A DNA stretch of 64,000 bases from an uncultured Eubacteriales bacterium (GCA_934393265.1 CAKRQL010000013.1:25082-89081); one strand, 5' to 3'; shown: positions 21,607 through 31,092, numbered from the stretch's first letter. Translations and numbers: made by a program. The notes: a model not told the origin generated them from the letters alone.

Positions 21607-22350
21607 ATGGATAACGAAAATCCCGCCGTAGCCTCCGATATATCTCAGGATGCGGATTTTGTACTTACCGTCTCCTCGCTTGTCAAAAAGTACGGAGCCT
21701 TCACCGCTATTGACGGCATAAGCTTCAATCTGCCCGCCGGGCGCATTATAGGTCTGCTCGGACCGAACGGCTCTGGCAAGACCACCTTTATAAAGTCGGT
21801 CGCCGGGCTCCTCACCCCGACCTCCGGGGAGATAACCGTAGCGGGACACCCGATAGGGGTAGAGAGCCGCGCCGCGGTCTCCTACCTTCCGGAGCGCAAC
21901 AGCATACCTGAGTATTTCACGGTTAAGCAGACTGTGACGTATTTTGAGGACTTCTTTTCGGATTTTGACCGGGGGAGAGCGGAGGATATGCTTTCCCGCC
22001 TCGGCGTCCCCGGCGACGCAAAAATAAAGAACCTCTCAAAGGGAACAAAGGAAAAGGTTCAGCTTGTCATGGTCATGTCCCGCCGCGCGCGGCTGTACCT
22101 GCTTGACGAGCCGATAAGCGGCGTCGACCCCGCCGCCCGCGATTACATCATATCGACAATTCTCTCCTGCTATTCAAAGGACTCCTCGGTCATAATTTCG
22201 ACGCACCTTATTGCGGATATCGAGAATGTCATGGACGGCTTCATATTTATAAAGCAGGGGAAGATTGCCTGTATAGGTACGCCGGACGGACTTATGAAGA
22301 GCACGGGAAAGACGGTTGACGAGTATTTCCGGGAGGTGTTCAGATGCTGA
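21607..22350 (+). CDS. ABC transporter ATP-binding protein
   Basis: Walker A GPNGSGKTT, signature LSKGTKEKV, Walker B LYLLDEP. RBS is AAAGGAGA. Confidence 0.93.
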   Translation: MDNENPAVASDISQDADFVLTVSSLVKKYGAFTAIDGISFNLPAGRIIGLLGPNGSGKTTFIKSVAGLLTPTSGEITVAGHPIGVESRAAVSYLPERNSIPEYFTVKQTVTYFEDFFSDFDRGRAEDMLSRLGVPGDAKIKNLSKGTKEKVQLVMVMSRRARLYLLDEPISGVDPAARDYIISTILSCYSKDSSVIISTHLIADIENVMDGFIFIKQGKIACIGTPDGLMKSTGKTVDEYFREVFRC

Positions 22351-23156
22351 AAAAGGTATTCAAATATGATTTTCTTGCGATAGCGCGGGTCGCCGTGCCG
22401 CTCCTTTCCGTCGTCCTCGGTCTCGGAGTGCTGAACTGCGGGCTTGACGCCATACTGTGTGCAAAGCCGGATATACCGGACAGATTTCTCTGGGTAACAT
22501 GGATTGCGACGTCGCTCTTTGTGACCTCCTATATCGCAATTGCCGTACTTGACGTAATTGTTGCGATACAGATATATTCGCGCTACTACAAGTCGGTGTT
22601 TACCGACGAGGGGTATCTGACGCTTGTCCTCCCCGTCTCGACGCACCGCCTCCTCCTCGGCAAGTTCCTTGCCTCCTCTCTCTGGATTGTCATCTCCGCC
22701 GCGGCGACGGTCATGTCGATAGTCGTCTCGCTTATTCCCATCATGGTTTCAATGGGCCCCGAGAATACCGCAACCGTCGTCGCCTCGATACTCAGAATGT
22801 TTACGGAAAGTATTGAGGAGCTCGGGGTGCTGAATTTCGTCATTCAGATTATCCTCTCCGTCACCGTTCTTATCGAAAATATTCTGATAGTATTCGCCGG
22901 AATAACCGCCGGGGCAACCGTAATGAGAAAGCACAGGGTGATAGGCGCCGTTATATTTGTTTATATCGCAAATACCGTTCAGTCGGTGATGCACAGCATA
23001 ATACAGGGCGTCCTGACTCCGCTGATTCTGAATGGAGACGTAATGATGTTCTATACCGTCTCAAATATTGTGCAGTTCGTGATAGCCGCGGTAATCGCGG
23101 TTGTAAGCTATTTTGTGACGTATAAGATTGTTCACAGAGGCGTGAACCTTGAGTAA
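22344..23156 (+). CDS. ABC-2-type membrane (permease) protein
   Basis: 270 aa polytopic membrane protein. It overlaps the ATPase stop by 7 nt. Confidence 0.7.
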   Translation: MLKKVFKYDFLAIARVAVPLLSVVLGLGVLNCGLDAILCAKPDIPDRFLWVTWIATSLFVTSYIAIAVLDVIVAIQIYSRYYKSVFTDEGYLTLVLPVSTHRLLLGKFLASSLWIVISAAATVMSIVVSLIPIMVSMGPENTATVVASILRMFTESIEELGVLNFVIQIILSVTVLIENILIVFAGITAGATVMRKHRVIGAVIFVYIANTVQSVMHSIIQGVLTPLILNGDVMMFYTVSNIVQFVIAAVIAVVSYFVTYKIVHRGVNLE

Positions 23157-23209
23157 AAACCGCCACGGGCAGTGCAGACCGGGAAACGCCGGGAAATAAT
23201 AAAATAAAA

Positions 23210-23252
23210 GCCGCCACCCGGTATAAATGATACACGGGTGGCGGTATTTTTT
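23210..23252. terminator. Bidirectional hairpin terminator
   Basis: GCCGCCACCCG...CGGGTGGCGG with an A-run upstream and TATTTTTTG downstream. It sits between convergent genes. Confidence 0.7.
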
Positions 23253-23257
23253 GCGCC

Positions 23258-23722
23258 TTACTTAAGGAAGCCGAGAAATCCGACGAATCCGTAGCAGGCG
23301 AGCGTCATTATCACCCCGCAGGCGATAACGCCGAGGAACACCGTGAAAAATGAGCGCCACCTCGGGAGCGAAAACAGCGACGAAACGAGCGAGCCGGTCC
23401 ATGCCCCCGTCCCGGGGACGGGCAGGGCAACGAAGAGGAAGAGCCCGATAAACGAGGTCGTGACTATCTTCTCGGAGTTCTTTTCCGCCCTCCGACGGAG
23501 CCAACCGACAATCGGCTTGAACGGCTTGAATTTTTCGAGCCAGTCGAGTATCTTCGGTATGAACATCAGAATAAACGGAATGGGCACCATGTTCCCGATG
23601 ATGCATACCGGGAGATTTATATACCACGGGAGCCCGAGCGCGGTGCCGAGGATTACCCCGCCGCGCAGCTCCACGAGCGGGAGCATGGACATAAAAAATA
23701 CGTAGAGAATATGCGGAATCAT
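23258..23722 (-). CDS. Small multidrug-export-like membrane protein (COG2426 type)
   Basis: 154 aa. LP..ELRGG...G and PG(T)GAWTG motifs. Confidence 0.7.
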   Translation of the reverse strand: MIPHILYVFFMSMLPLVELRGGVILGTALGLPWYINLPVCIIGNMVPIPFILMFIPKILDWLEKFKPFKPIVGWLRRRAEKNSEKIVTTSFIGLFLFVALPVPGTGAWTGSLVSSLFSLPRWRSFFTVFLGVIACGVIMTLACYGFVGFLGFLK

Positions 23723-24219
23723 TCGTGTGTACCCTCGTTTTTGTCACATGAGTTGCCTGAGCGCGCTATCTTTATATCGAGCACCAGCGCGGTTATACTG
23801 ACCGCGAGCGCGGGGACGAAGATTGCAAGGTTTGCGGGGGAGGGGTTGTCGCCGAAGAGGGTAACGAAGCCGATAACCGAAAGTACAGCCCAGAAGATTA
23901 CCGAGAGCACGTCGAATACCGCACACGCGCGCGATGGCGCGACCGTTCGCCTCGCCGTCTGTATTATCTTGACCGTCAGAACCGCACATATAAATATCAT
24001 TATAACGGCGACGATGATTTCAAAAACTATAAACATCGCGATTACAATCGCGAGCCCTATTCCCGCGCCGATAGCCCCCATTCCGGCGTCGGAGAAATCG
24101 GTGTTCTGAAGCTCACGGATGGCGATATTCAGCTGTACGAATATCACGACGCAGAGCGCGAGCAGAATCGCATAGCAGACGATTACGGCAATGTTACGTT
24201 TAAGATTTTTCTTTTCCAT
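23719..24219 (-). CDS. Hypothetical polytopic membrane protein
   Basis: 166 aa with about 4 TM helices. A 4-nt overlap couples it to the downstream gene. Confidence 0.6.
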   Translation of the reverse strand: MEKKNLKRNIAVIVCYAILLALCVVIFVQLNIAIRELQNTDFSDAGMGAIGAGIGLAIVIAMFIVFEIIVAVIMIFICAVLTVKIIQTARRTVAPSRACAVFDVLSVIFWAVLSVIGFVTLFGDNPSPANLAIFVPALAVSITALVLDIKIARSGNSCDKNEGTHE

Positions 24220-24260
24220 AGCGTCACCTCACATAAATTTCTGTTGTTGCGTTGTTTTCG

Positions 24261-25640
24261 TCATTTTGTAGACCTCGTCAGCCGGACGACAGCCTCACAG
24301 TGTCCCGTCCCGGGGAAGAGGTCAAACGGGGTCACGTCTCCGGGTGTGTAGCCGTATTCGGCGAGTCGGGCGACATCCCGCGCGAGCGTCGCGGTGTTGC
24401 AGGATATGTAGATTATTCTTTCCGGGGAGAGTGTGCCTAAAAAGTCTACGAGTCCCTCGTCACACCCCGCGCGCGGAGGGTCAATGACGCAGATGCCGGG
24501 GCGTATCGGCTCGCCCCGCTCCGCCTCCGCCGCGGAGAGCAGGCGCGCGGTGTCCGCCGCGTCCCCGAGGTAAAATGCGGCATTGGCTATACCGTTATCG
24601 CGGGCGTTCTTTTTCGCACATTCGACAGCCTCCGGCACTATCTCTATACCGGTGACCCGCCGTACCGCGTGCGCCATCGAGAGACCGATTGAGCCCGCGC
24701 CGCAGAAGAGGTCGAGCAGCTCCTCGTCACCTTTCGGCTCCGCGAGCGCGAGAGCCTTTTCATAGAGCAGCTCCGCCATTGCGTGGTTGACCTGGTAGAA
24801 TGCCGCGGGCGAGAGCGTGAGCCGCACCCCGGCGAGCGTGTCGGTGATATAGTCCCTGCCGTATACGGTTATGTATTTTTTGCCGAGCACGACGTTTGTA
24901 TTCTCGCGGTTCTCGTTGAGGAGAAAGCCGACTATCTCGGGGAATCCGCGGCGCAGCTCCTCTGCGAGATTATCTGCATAGGGGAGCGACACACCGTTTA
25001 TAACGAGCGTCAGCAGCACCTCGCGGCTCACCTCTCCCCGCCGCAGATATATGTGGCGGAGCAGTCCGTGCCCGCTCTCCTCGTCGTATACGCTTATCCG
25101 CTTCCGTTTGAAAAAGTCGCGGAGCAGGGAATTGATACGCCCGAATATTTCCGGCGCGGCGGGACAGTCCGCTGCCTCCGTGACACGGTGGCTCTTCGGC
25201 GCGTAAAACCCTATTACATAGTCGCCGTCTTTTGTCAGCCCGATGGGATACTGTGCCTTGTTGCGGTAGCCGCATGTGCGCCCGTTCGTGACTACGGGCA
25301 GGACCGAAACCTCCGGGAGCCCGGCTTTGCGGAAATTCTCCCGCACCGTCCGCTCCTTTATCCTGAGCTCCTCATAGTAGTCAATGTCCCGGTAGGCACA
25401 CCCGCGACAGTGTGCGGTGTGACACCGCCCGTCGGTACGGTGGGGAGACGGCACAAGGATTTTTTCGCACCTCGCGACGGCGTAGGTGGAGTTGACCTTT
25501 ATTATCCGACATTCGACTGTGTCGCCGCCGACGCCCCCGGAGACAAAGACCGTGACGCCGTCAGAGTGCCCGACGCCAAAGCCTAAATTGTTCGTGTCCG
25601 TGAGCGTGAGCCGCAGGAGGTCGTTCTTCTTGAAATTCAT
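24261..25640 (-). CDS. rlmD: 23S rRNA (uracil-C5)-methyltransferase, RumA/RlmD family
   Basis: 459 aa. N-terminal TRAM-like domain, Cys cluster (C..HC.GC), SAM motif DLFCGAG and catalytic DPPR.G ... SCN. Confidence 0.88.
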   Translation of the reverse strand: MNFKKNDLLRLTLTDTNNLGFGVGHSDGVTVFVSGGVGGDTVECRIIKVNSTYAVARCEKILVPSPHRTDGRCHTAHCRGCAYRDIDYYEELRIKERTVRENFRKAGLPEVSVLPVVTNGRTCGYRNKAQYPIGLTKDGDYVIGFYAPKSHRVTEAADCPAAPEIFGRINSLLRDFFKRKRISVYDEESGHGLLRHIYLRRGEVSREVLLTLVINGVSLPYADNLAEELRRGFPEIVGFLLNENRENTNVVLGKKYITVYGRDYITDTLAGVRLTLSPAAFYQVNHAMAELLYEKALALAEPKGDEELLDLFCGAGSIGLSMAHAVRRVTGIEIVPEAVECAKKNARDNGIANAAFYLGDAADTARLLSAAEAERGEPIRPGICVIDPPRAGCDEGLVDFLGTLSPERIIYISCNTATLARDVARLAEYGYTPGDVTPFDLFPGTGHCEAVVRLTRSTK

Positions 25641-25672
25641 GAAAATCCTCTGTAATTGTAAGCTTATATTTA

Positions 25673-26515
25673 CTAAATGAACTCCTCACGCGCCTTATCG
25701 CGAAACGCCTTCGGCGTCGCCCCGTACACGGATTTGAAGGCTTTTGTGAAGTATGACGGGTCGGAAAAGCCGCAGAGCTCGGATATTTCGTTTATCGTCT
25801 TTTCCGTTTCACACAGCATATTTGCGGCGAGGCGCAGACGGTAGGAAACTATGTACTGGTGGAGGGTGACGCCCTTTCTGTCCTTTAACATCCGGCTGAC
25901 ATAGAACGGGTGATAGCCGAACATCGCGCCGATCTCGGTATTGGATATATCCTCAGCGCAGTTGTCGCGTATATAGGAGTCGAGCGCACGGACCATCCGC
26001 GCCGGGAGCGCGTGCTCGTCGGCGGTCTCCGCCGCGGCAAGGAGTACGAGCTTTAACATCGCGGAGATCTCCGCGCGGTATGAGCCCTCGCCGCTTGTGA
26101 ATATGTGGTACATCTCGGTGAAAGTGTCGCGCCTGTCCGCCATATCCCCGACAAAGAGCGGGCGGTCAAACGGCAGTAGGTCGCAGGTGTGACACTCCTC
26201 CGCGGAAAAATCCGCGGCGCGCACAGCCGGTATCGCGGCGTCCGTCGGCTCGGGTCTGCCGTCCGTCAGGTCGCATTGTATTACAACTGCGCGAAAGCGG
26301 TTGCTCCGCAGTGTGAACGGTGTTCCCGCAGGGACGAAAAGGAAATTTCCCGGCGCGAGGCGCATTTTTTTCCCGCCCTCGGGCGTAAGCTGCAATTCGC
26401 CCGAGAACATGTATATGATACGGCAGTCATAAGCCGTCACAGGCTCTGTATATTTTATTCCGCGGTCATAGAGCGCGACGCTCCGTATAACCGGGTTCAG
26501 TCGTGTGTAATCCAT
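25673..26515 (-). CDS. AraC family transcriptional regulator (cupin + HTH)
   Basis: C-terminal AraC HTH (GF.D.SYF.K.FK...G.TP..FR). The start was chosen at ATG 26515, behind a GGAGGT RBS. Confidence 0.88.
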   Translation of the reverse strand: MDYTRLNPVIRSVALYDRGIKYTEPVTAYDCRIIYMFSGELQLTPEGGKKMRLAPGNFLFVPAGTPFTLRSNRFRAVVIQCDLTDGRPEPTDAAIPAVRAADFSAEECHTCDLLPFDRPLFVGDMADRRDTFTEMYHIFTSGEGSYRAEISAMLKLVLLAAAETADEHALPARMVRALDSYIRDNCAEDISNTEIGAMFGYHPFYVSRMLKDRKGVTLHQYIVSYRLRLAANMLCETEKTINEISELCGFSDPSYFTKAFKSVYGATPKAFRDKAREEFI

Positions 26516-26558
26516 CTTACCTCCGGGTTGCTGTCTATCGGATAGCTCTTCCGGTTTC

Positions 26559-26587
26559 ATTTTAACATATGCGCGCAAAAAAAGCAA
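26559..26587 (-). promoter_or_regulatory. Sigma-A-type promoter of the AraC-family gene
   Basis: Minus strand reads TTGCTT-17 nt-TAAAAT. Confidence 0.5.
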
Positions 26588-26675
26588 GAATAATTGAAAT
26601 TTTACGGCGCGGCTTGCTCCCGCCGAGCGCTGTCAAGACTGCCCGTTTATTAAAATTGATAGTCGAAGGCGCGGG

Positions 26676-26701
26676 TAAAAAGGCTCCCTCGGGAGGGAGC
26701 T
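26676..26701 (-). terminator. Rho-independent terminator (minus strand), no annotated gene upstream
   Basis: Minus strand reads GCTCCC-TCCCGA-GGGAGC followed by CTTTTTAC. Confidence 0.55.
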
Positions 26702-26783
26702 GGCGCCGTAGGCGACTGAAGGAGCCTGTCGTGTTCAAAACTAACTGTTCAAATAGATTGAGAAAGCACAAAGAAAAGATAGA

Positions 26784-26798
26784 GACTCGTGGGAGAAT
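26784..26798 (-). repeat. Displaced copy of the tRNA-Glu 3' end (att-like direct repeat)
   Basis: GACTCGTGGGAGAAT is identical to 26993-27007 inside tRNA-Glu, in the same orientation, 209 bp away. Confidence 0.8.
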
Positions 26799-26949
26799 TT
26801 GCCGTCGCTTTAATTGTCTCCGGAGGAGACGCGCCGGCAATATTTCGCCCTCCCAACCGCGAGCTGCGGTTTCTTCTTTACTTTACCGCGAACACAGCGA
26901 GGTCTTGCAGTTACTCGGGCGCGGTGGAGTTCGATTCGGAACGAGGTAG

Positions 26950-26984
26950 CAAAAAGGAACGGCACCCCTATGGGATGCCGTTCC
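26950..26984 (-). terminator. Hairpin terminator directly after tRNA-Glu
   Basis: GGAACGGCA...TGCCGTTCC stem flanked by A5/T5 runs. Confidence 0.7.
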
Positions 26985-26988
26985 TTTT

Positions 26989-27063
26989 TGGTGACTCGTG
27001 GGAGAATCGAACTCCCGTTTCAGCCTTGAGAGGGCCGTGTCTTAGCCGCTTGACCAACGAGCC
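26989..27063 (-). tRNA. tRNA-Glu (anticodon CUC), CCA encoded
   Basis: Hand-folded from GGCTCGT-TG-GTCAAGCGGCTAAGAC-A-CGGCC-CTCTCAA-GGCTG-AAAC-GGGAG-TTCGATT-CTCCC-ACGAGTC-A-CCA. The acceptor stem, anticodon stem and T arm all pair. Confidence 0.9.
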
Positions 27064-27133
27064 GTCTTGCGATTGCCCGTTTATTCTATCATAAACTTTT
27101 CCCGTTGTCAAGTGGTATTGTGAATATTTTTAT

Positions 27134-28522
27134 TTAACTCTGAAAATCCTTTGCGCCGCCGTTTATCTGCTTCTCCGTCGCGCGGAGCGTCGGGAAATAG
27201 AGAACAAGGTAGATGAGAATTGTAACCGCCCATGAAATCGGATATATCGCATATATCGCCGATATGTCCGTCCAGAGGAAACGGAACACCGTCCCGAGCC
27301 ATATTATACGGAGAATACAGCTGCCGGACAGGGAGACCACCATTGCCGTCGTCGATTTCCCCATTCCGCGCATAGCGCTTGACAGCGTATCCATAATTCC
27401 GCAGAGGAAGTAGAAGGTCGCGAGAATGTAGAGTCTCTCTTCCGCGTAGGCTATCGTCTCCGGGTTGTCGGTCATTATCCGGACGAGCGGCTCGCGCAAG
27501 AGAATTACCCCTCCGCCGACAACGAACCATACCGCCATGACGGCGACAATCGACATCCGCACAGACCGGCGCATACGCCGTATGTTCCCGGCACCGAGAT
27601 TCTGACTGACGAATGCAAGTGCCGCGAGCGACACGCCGTACATCGCATTGTAAATGAATGAATCAAACTGCGAGCCTATCGTATTTCCCGCCATCGCGTT
27701 TTTTCCGAACGAGTTGATTGATGACTGTATAAGCACGTTCGAGAGCGAGAAAACGCAGCCCTGGAGCCCGGCGGGGAGCCCCATTTTCGTTAGCGGTACG
27801 AGCTCACGCACCGAGAGCTTTATATACTTTTTCTCAATGTGTGCATAGCCGTCGTTCTTCGCCATTGCGATAAGCGAGAGAACAGAGGATATGAGCTGAG
27901 AGACAACCGTGGCAATCGCAACGCCCTCGACGTCAAGGTGCACGACAGCGACGAAGAAAACATTCAGAATGACGTTCACAATTCCGCTTATAACAAGATA
28001 GATGAGCGGGCGGACCGTGTCGCCGACCGCGCGGAGTATCGACGCGCAGAAATTGTAGAGCATTATTATCGGCATACCTATGAAGTATATCCGCATGTAA
28101 GTGCACGCCATGTCGAGCACCTCGGGGTCACAGTCCATGAGTATAAGGATAGGGCGCGAGAGTGCAACGCCGATTACCGCGAGTATCGCACCGAAGAATA
28201 CGGAGATGAAGACGGAAGTGCCGATAACCCGGTGCGCCCCGTCGCGGTCCCCCTCTCCGACACGGCGCGCAACAATGACATTCGCGCCTATCGACAGACC
28301 GACGAAAAGACCTATTATAAGATTTGTGACCGCTCCCGTAGCGCCGACCGCAGCGACAGCCGCGTCGCCCGCGTCCCCGAGAAAGATACCGAGCACCGCG
28401 ACATCCGCCGCGTTGAAGAGTATCTGGAGGATATTTGTGGCAATAAGCGGGAGAGCATACAAAAGCAGCTTCGGGAGTATAGCTCCCTCGCACAGATTCA
28501 TCTCGTGATTTTTCAGCTTCAT
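27134..28522 (-). CDS. MATE family efflux transporter
   Basis: 462 aa with about 12 TM segments. N-terminal G.I..KLLLYALPLI..N.LQ.LFN..D signature. Confidence 0.9.
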   Translation of the reverse strand: MKLKNHEMNLCEGAILPKLLLYALPLIATNILQILFNAADVAVLGIFLGDAGDAAVAAVGATGAVTNLIIGLFVGLSIGANVIVARRVGEGDRDGAHRVIGTSVFISVFFGAILAVIGVALSRPILILMDCDPEVLDMACTYMRIYFIGMPIIMLYNFCASILRAVGDTVRPLIYLVISGIVNVILNVFFVAVVHLDVEGVAIATVVSQLISSVLSLIAMAKNDGYAHIEKKYIKLSVRELVPLTKMGLPAGLQGCVFSLSNVLIQSSINSFGKNAMAGNTIGSQFDSFIYNAMYGVSLAALAFVSQNLGAGNIRRMRRSVRMSIVAVMAVWFVVGGGVILLREPLVRIMTDNPETIAYAEERLYILATFYFLCGIMDTLSSAMRGMGKSTTAMVVSLSGSCILRIIWLGTVFRFLWTDISAIYAIYPISWAVTILIYLVLYFPTLRATEKQINGGAKDFQS

Positions 28523-28630
28523 AACCGACCTCCGATCACAGTCGCCGTATACGTCGGCGGGCGAATGAGATTATACCACCGTCCCGACGGGAAGTCAATA
28601 CCCCGGATAATTAATTTATCTTCAATATAC

Positions 28631-28659
28631 TTGATTTGAATGACTGTATGGTGTATACT
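28631..28659 (+). promoter_or_regulatory. Sigma-A-type promoter of pyrR-fhs
   Basis: TTGATT-17 nt-TATACT, about 45 nt upstream of the pyrR ATG. Confidence 0.55.
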
Positions 28660-28701
28660 GTATTATACTACCGCAGCACCGTATGTCAGGAGGACAGCCC
28701 T

Positions 28702-29247
28702 ATGACCGAGAAGGCACAGATAATGGACGGCGCGACGCTTAACCGCACAGTCGCGCGTATATCTCACGAGATAACCGAGCGCAATCACGGAGTCGCCGAC
28801 CTTTGTATTCTGGGGGTGAAGCGGCGCGGGGTTCCCCTCGCGCGCAGAATATGCGATTACCTCAATGCCTTTGAGGGAGAGCGCGTCCCGCTCGGAGAGC
28901 TCGATATAACCTATCAGCGCGACGACCTCGACGACGAGGGAAAGCGCGCCGCGGCAACAGGCTCCGAGATCCCCTGTGATCTGACGGATAAGACCGTCAT
29001 AATAGTCGACGACGTGCTCTATACCGGCAGGACGGCGAGGGCATCGATAGATACCGTTTTCAGATACGGCAGACCCCGCTCGGTACAGCTCGTCACCCTT
29101 GTCGATCGCGGGCACCGCGAGCTGCCGATACGCCCGGATTACGTCGGAAAGAACGTCCCGACCTCGAAGAGCGAGACGGTCTCGGTCCGCTTTGAGGAGC
29201 TTGACGGCGAGACCGGAGTTTATATATGCGAAGGAGACGGAAAATGA
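28702..29247 (+). CDS. pyrR: Bifunctional pyrimidine regulatory protein / uracil phosphoribosyltransferase PyrR
   Basis: 181 aa starting at ATG 28702 (RBS AGGAGGA). Motifs L.R...RI.HEI.ER, G...RG and the PRPP motif [15 protein letters not shown]. Confidence 0.93.
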   Translation: MTEKAQIMDGATLNRTVARISHEITERNHGVADLCILGVKRRGVPLARRICDYLNAFEGERVPLGELDITYQRDDLDDEGKRAAATGSEIPCDLTDKTVIIVDDVLYTGRTARASIDTVFRYGRPRSVQLVTLVDRGHRELPIRPDYVGKNVPTSKSETVSVRFEELDGETGVYICEGDGK

Positions 29248-30911
29248 AGAGCGATATAGAAATAGCCCAGAGCGCGCAGCTCTCCGATATAGGCGAGATA
29301 GCCGCGCGGCTGGGGGTGAGCGAGGAGCAGATAGAGAGATACGGCAGATATAAGGCGAAGCTCGACCTCTCGCTTGCTGCCCCCCGCGATAAGCATGCAA
29401 AGCTGATACTTGTGACTGCCATGACCCCGACCCCCGCGGGAGAGGGAAAGACTACAACCACCGTCGGGCTTGCCGACGGGCTCCGCAGAATAGGGAAGCG
29501 CGCCGTAGTCGCACTCCGTGAGCCGTCGCTCGGTCCCGTATTCGGCGTGAAGGGCGGCGCCGCGGGCGGCGGATATGCGCAGGTCGTGCCCATGGAGGAC
29601 ATAAACCTCCATTTTACGGGCGATTTTCACGCAATAGGCGCGGCAAACAACCTCCTCGCCGCCATGCTTGATAACCATATTCAGCAGGGAAATGCCCTTG
29701 GTATAGATACAAAGCGCATAGTCCTGCGCCGCTGTGTAGATATGAATGACAGACAGCTCCGGTATATCGTCGACGGTCTCGGCGGCAGGGCAAACGGCGT
29801 CCCGCGTGAGGACGGCTTTGATATAACCGTCGCCTCCGAGGTTATGGCGGTGCTCTGCCTCGCAACGTCGATAAGCGACCTGCGCGCCCGCCTCGGGCGT
29901 ATTGTCGTCGCCTATGATACGAGCGGCAGACCCGTGACGGCAGAGGATCTGCACGCCGCGGGAGCCATGACGGCTCTTCTTCGTGACGCCATCCGCCCGA
30001 ACCTTGTCCAGACCCTTGAGGGTACACCTGCAATAGTCCACGGCGGACCGTTCGCGAATATTGCCCACGGCTGTAACTCCGTTCTCGCGACGAGGTGCGC
30101 AATGAATCTCTCGGATTACGCGGTTACGGAGGCGGGCTTCGGCGCCGACCTCGGAGCCGAGAAGTTCCTTGATATAAAGTGCAGAATGGCAGACATCTCG
30201 CCGGACGCTGTCGTCGTTGTCGCGACCGTCCGCGCGCTGAAGCTGCACGGCGGGGTCCCGCTTTCCGAGCTCGGGCGGGAGAATGTTGCCGCCCTCCGCT
30301 CGGGTATGCCGAACCTTCTTCGCCATGTGAAGAATATGACCGAAGTCTACGGGCTGCCCTGCGTCGTCGCGGTTAACCGCTTCCCGAGCGATACGGACGC
30401 GGAGATTGCCACCGTCGCGGGAGAGTGCCGCGCGCTCGGCGTTCGCGCCGTGGTATCGACGGTATTCTCCGACGGAGGAGCCGGAGGAGAGGAGCTCGCG
30501 CGCGAGGTCGTGCGCCTCTGCAGCTCCGAAAAGAAAAATTTCACCTTCGCATACGACGATGAAATGTCTGCGGAGGAGAAAATGTGCGCGATAGCCCGCC
30601 GTGTCTACGGTGCCGACGGCGTCGATTTTGCCCCCGCGGCGCTCCGTGCGCTTGAGGATATACGCGCCACAGGCTACGGAGCTCTCCCGGTCTGCGTCGC
30701 GAAAACACAGTACTCATTCTCGGACGATAAGTCCCTCCTCGGCGCGCCGGAGGGCTTCCGTATCACCGTGAGGTCGGTAAAGCTCTCTGCCGGAGCCGGG
30801 TTTATAGTAATGCTGACGGGCGACATAATGACAATGCCGGGACTTCCGAAATCCCCCGCCGCCGAAAGAATAGATGTGACCCCGGACGGCAGAATAACCG
30901 GGCTGTTCTGA
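29244..30911 (+). CDS. fhs: Formate--tetrahydrofolate ligase
   Basis: 555 aa starting MKSDIEIAQ. It has TPTP.GEGKTTT and GGYAQV.PMED.NLHFTGD. The start overlaps the pyrR stop (ATGA). Confidence 0.96.
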   Translation: MKSDIEIAQSAQLSDIGEIAARLGVSEEQIERYGRYKAKLDLSLAAPRDKHAKLILVTAMTPTPAGEGKTTTTVGLADGLRRIGKRAVVALREPSLGPVFGVKGGAAGGGYAQVVPMEDINLHFTGDFHAIGAANNLLAAMLDNHIQQGNALGIDTKRIVLRRCVDMNDRQLRYIVDGLGGRANGVPREDGFDITVASEVMAVLCLATSISDLRARLGRIVVAYDTSGRPVTAEDLHAAGAMTALLRDAIRPNLVQTLEGTPAIVHGGPFANIAHGCNSVLATRCAMNLSDYAVTEAGFGADLGAEKFLDIKCRMADISPDAVVVVATVRALKLHGGVPLSELGRENVAALRSGMPNLLRHVKNMTEVYGLPCVVAVNRFPSDTDAEIATVAGECRALGVRAVVSTVFSDGGAGGEELAREVVRLCSSEKKNFTFAYDDEMSAEEKMCAIARRVYGADGVDFAPAALRALEDIRATGYGALPVCVAKTQYSFSDDKSLLGAPEGFRITVRSVKLSAGAGFIVMLTGDIMTMPGLPKSPAAERIDVTPDGRITGLF

Positions 30912-30926
30912 GGAAAAAGCCTCTCC

Positions 30927-30959
30927 GAAAAACAAAAAAAGGTACACTGAGAGTGTACC
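30927..30959 (-). terminator. Minus-strand rho-independent terminator with no adjacent minus-strand gene
   Basis: Minus strand reads GGTACACT-CTC-AGTGTACC followed by TTTTTTTGTTTTT. Confidence 0.6.
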
Positions 30960-30986
30960 CATTAAAGATCATAAAAAATCGTAATA

Positions 30987-31016
30987 AAAGTCGGTAAACA
31001 ACCGACTTTTATTGTT
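30987..31016. terminator. AT-rich bidirectional hairpin terminator
   Basis: AAAGTCGGT-AAACA-ACCGACTTTT followed by ATTGTT. Confidence 0.55.
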
Positions 31017-31092
31017 AAATTTTCTGTCAAAATGTGTTTTATATACCTGCTGTTTTTTGATGCTATAGTCAATGTAAATATAAGGGGATTGT

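Noticed and set aside
26923-26937. GGTGGAGTTCGATTC on the plus strand looked like the T-arm of a second, oppositely oriented tRNA or a tmRNA 3' end.
   Set aside because: The flanking bases cannot form a T-stem (TGGAG against CGGAA), and no acceptor or anticodon arms can be folded around it. I treated it as an inverted fragment of the tRNA-Glu T-arm instead.
26569-26949. 126-aa plus-strand ORF, and the overlapping ORFs 26562-26840 (-) and 26789-27094 (+), in the tRNA-Glu flank.
   Set aside because: They are highly basic, low-complexity translations. They span two terminator hairpins and run into the tRNA gene, have no RBS, and are better explained as non-coding scar or possible sRNA sequence.
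28523-28701. Searched the pyrR leader for a PyrR-binding anti-antiterminator hairpin and attenuator.
   Set aside because: No CCAGAGAGG-like loop and no terminator/antiterminator pair was visible. Only a promoter and RBS could be supported.
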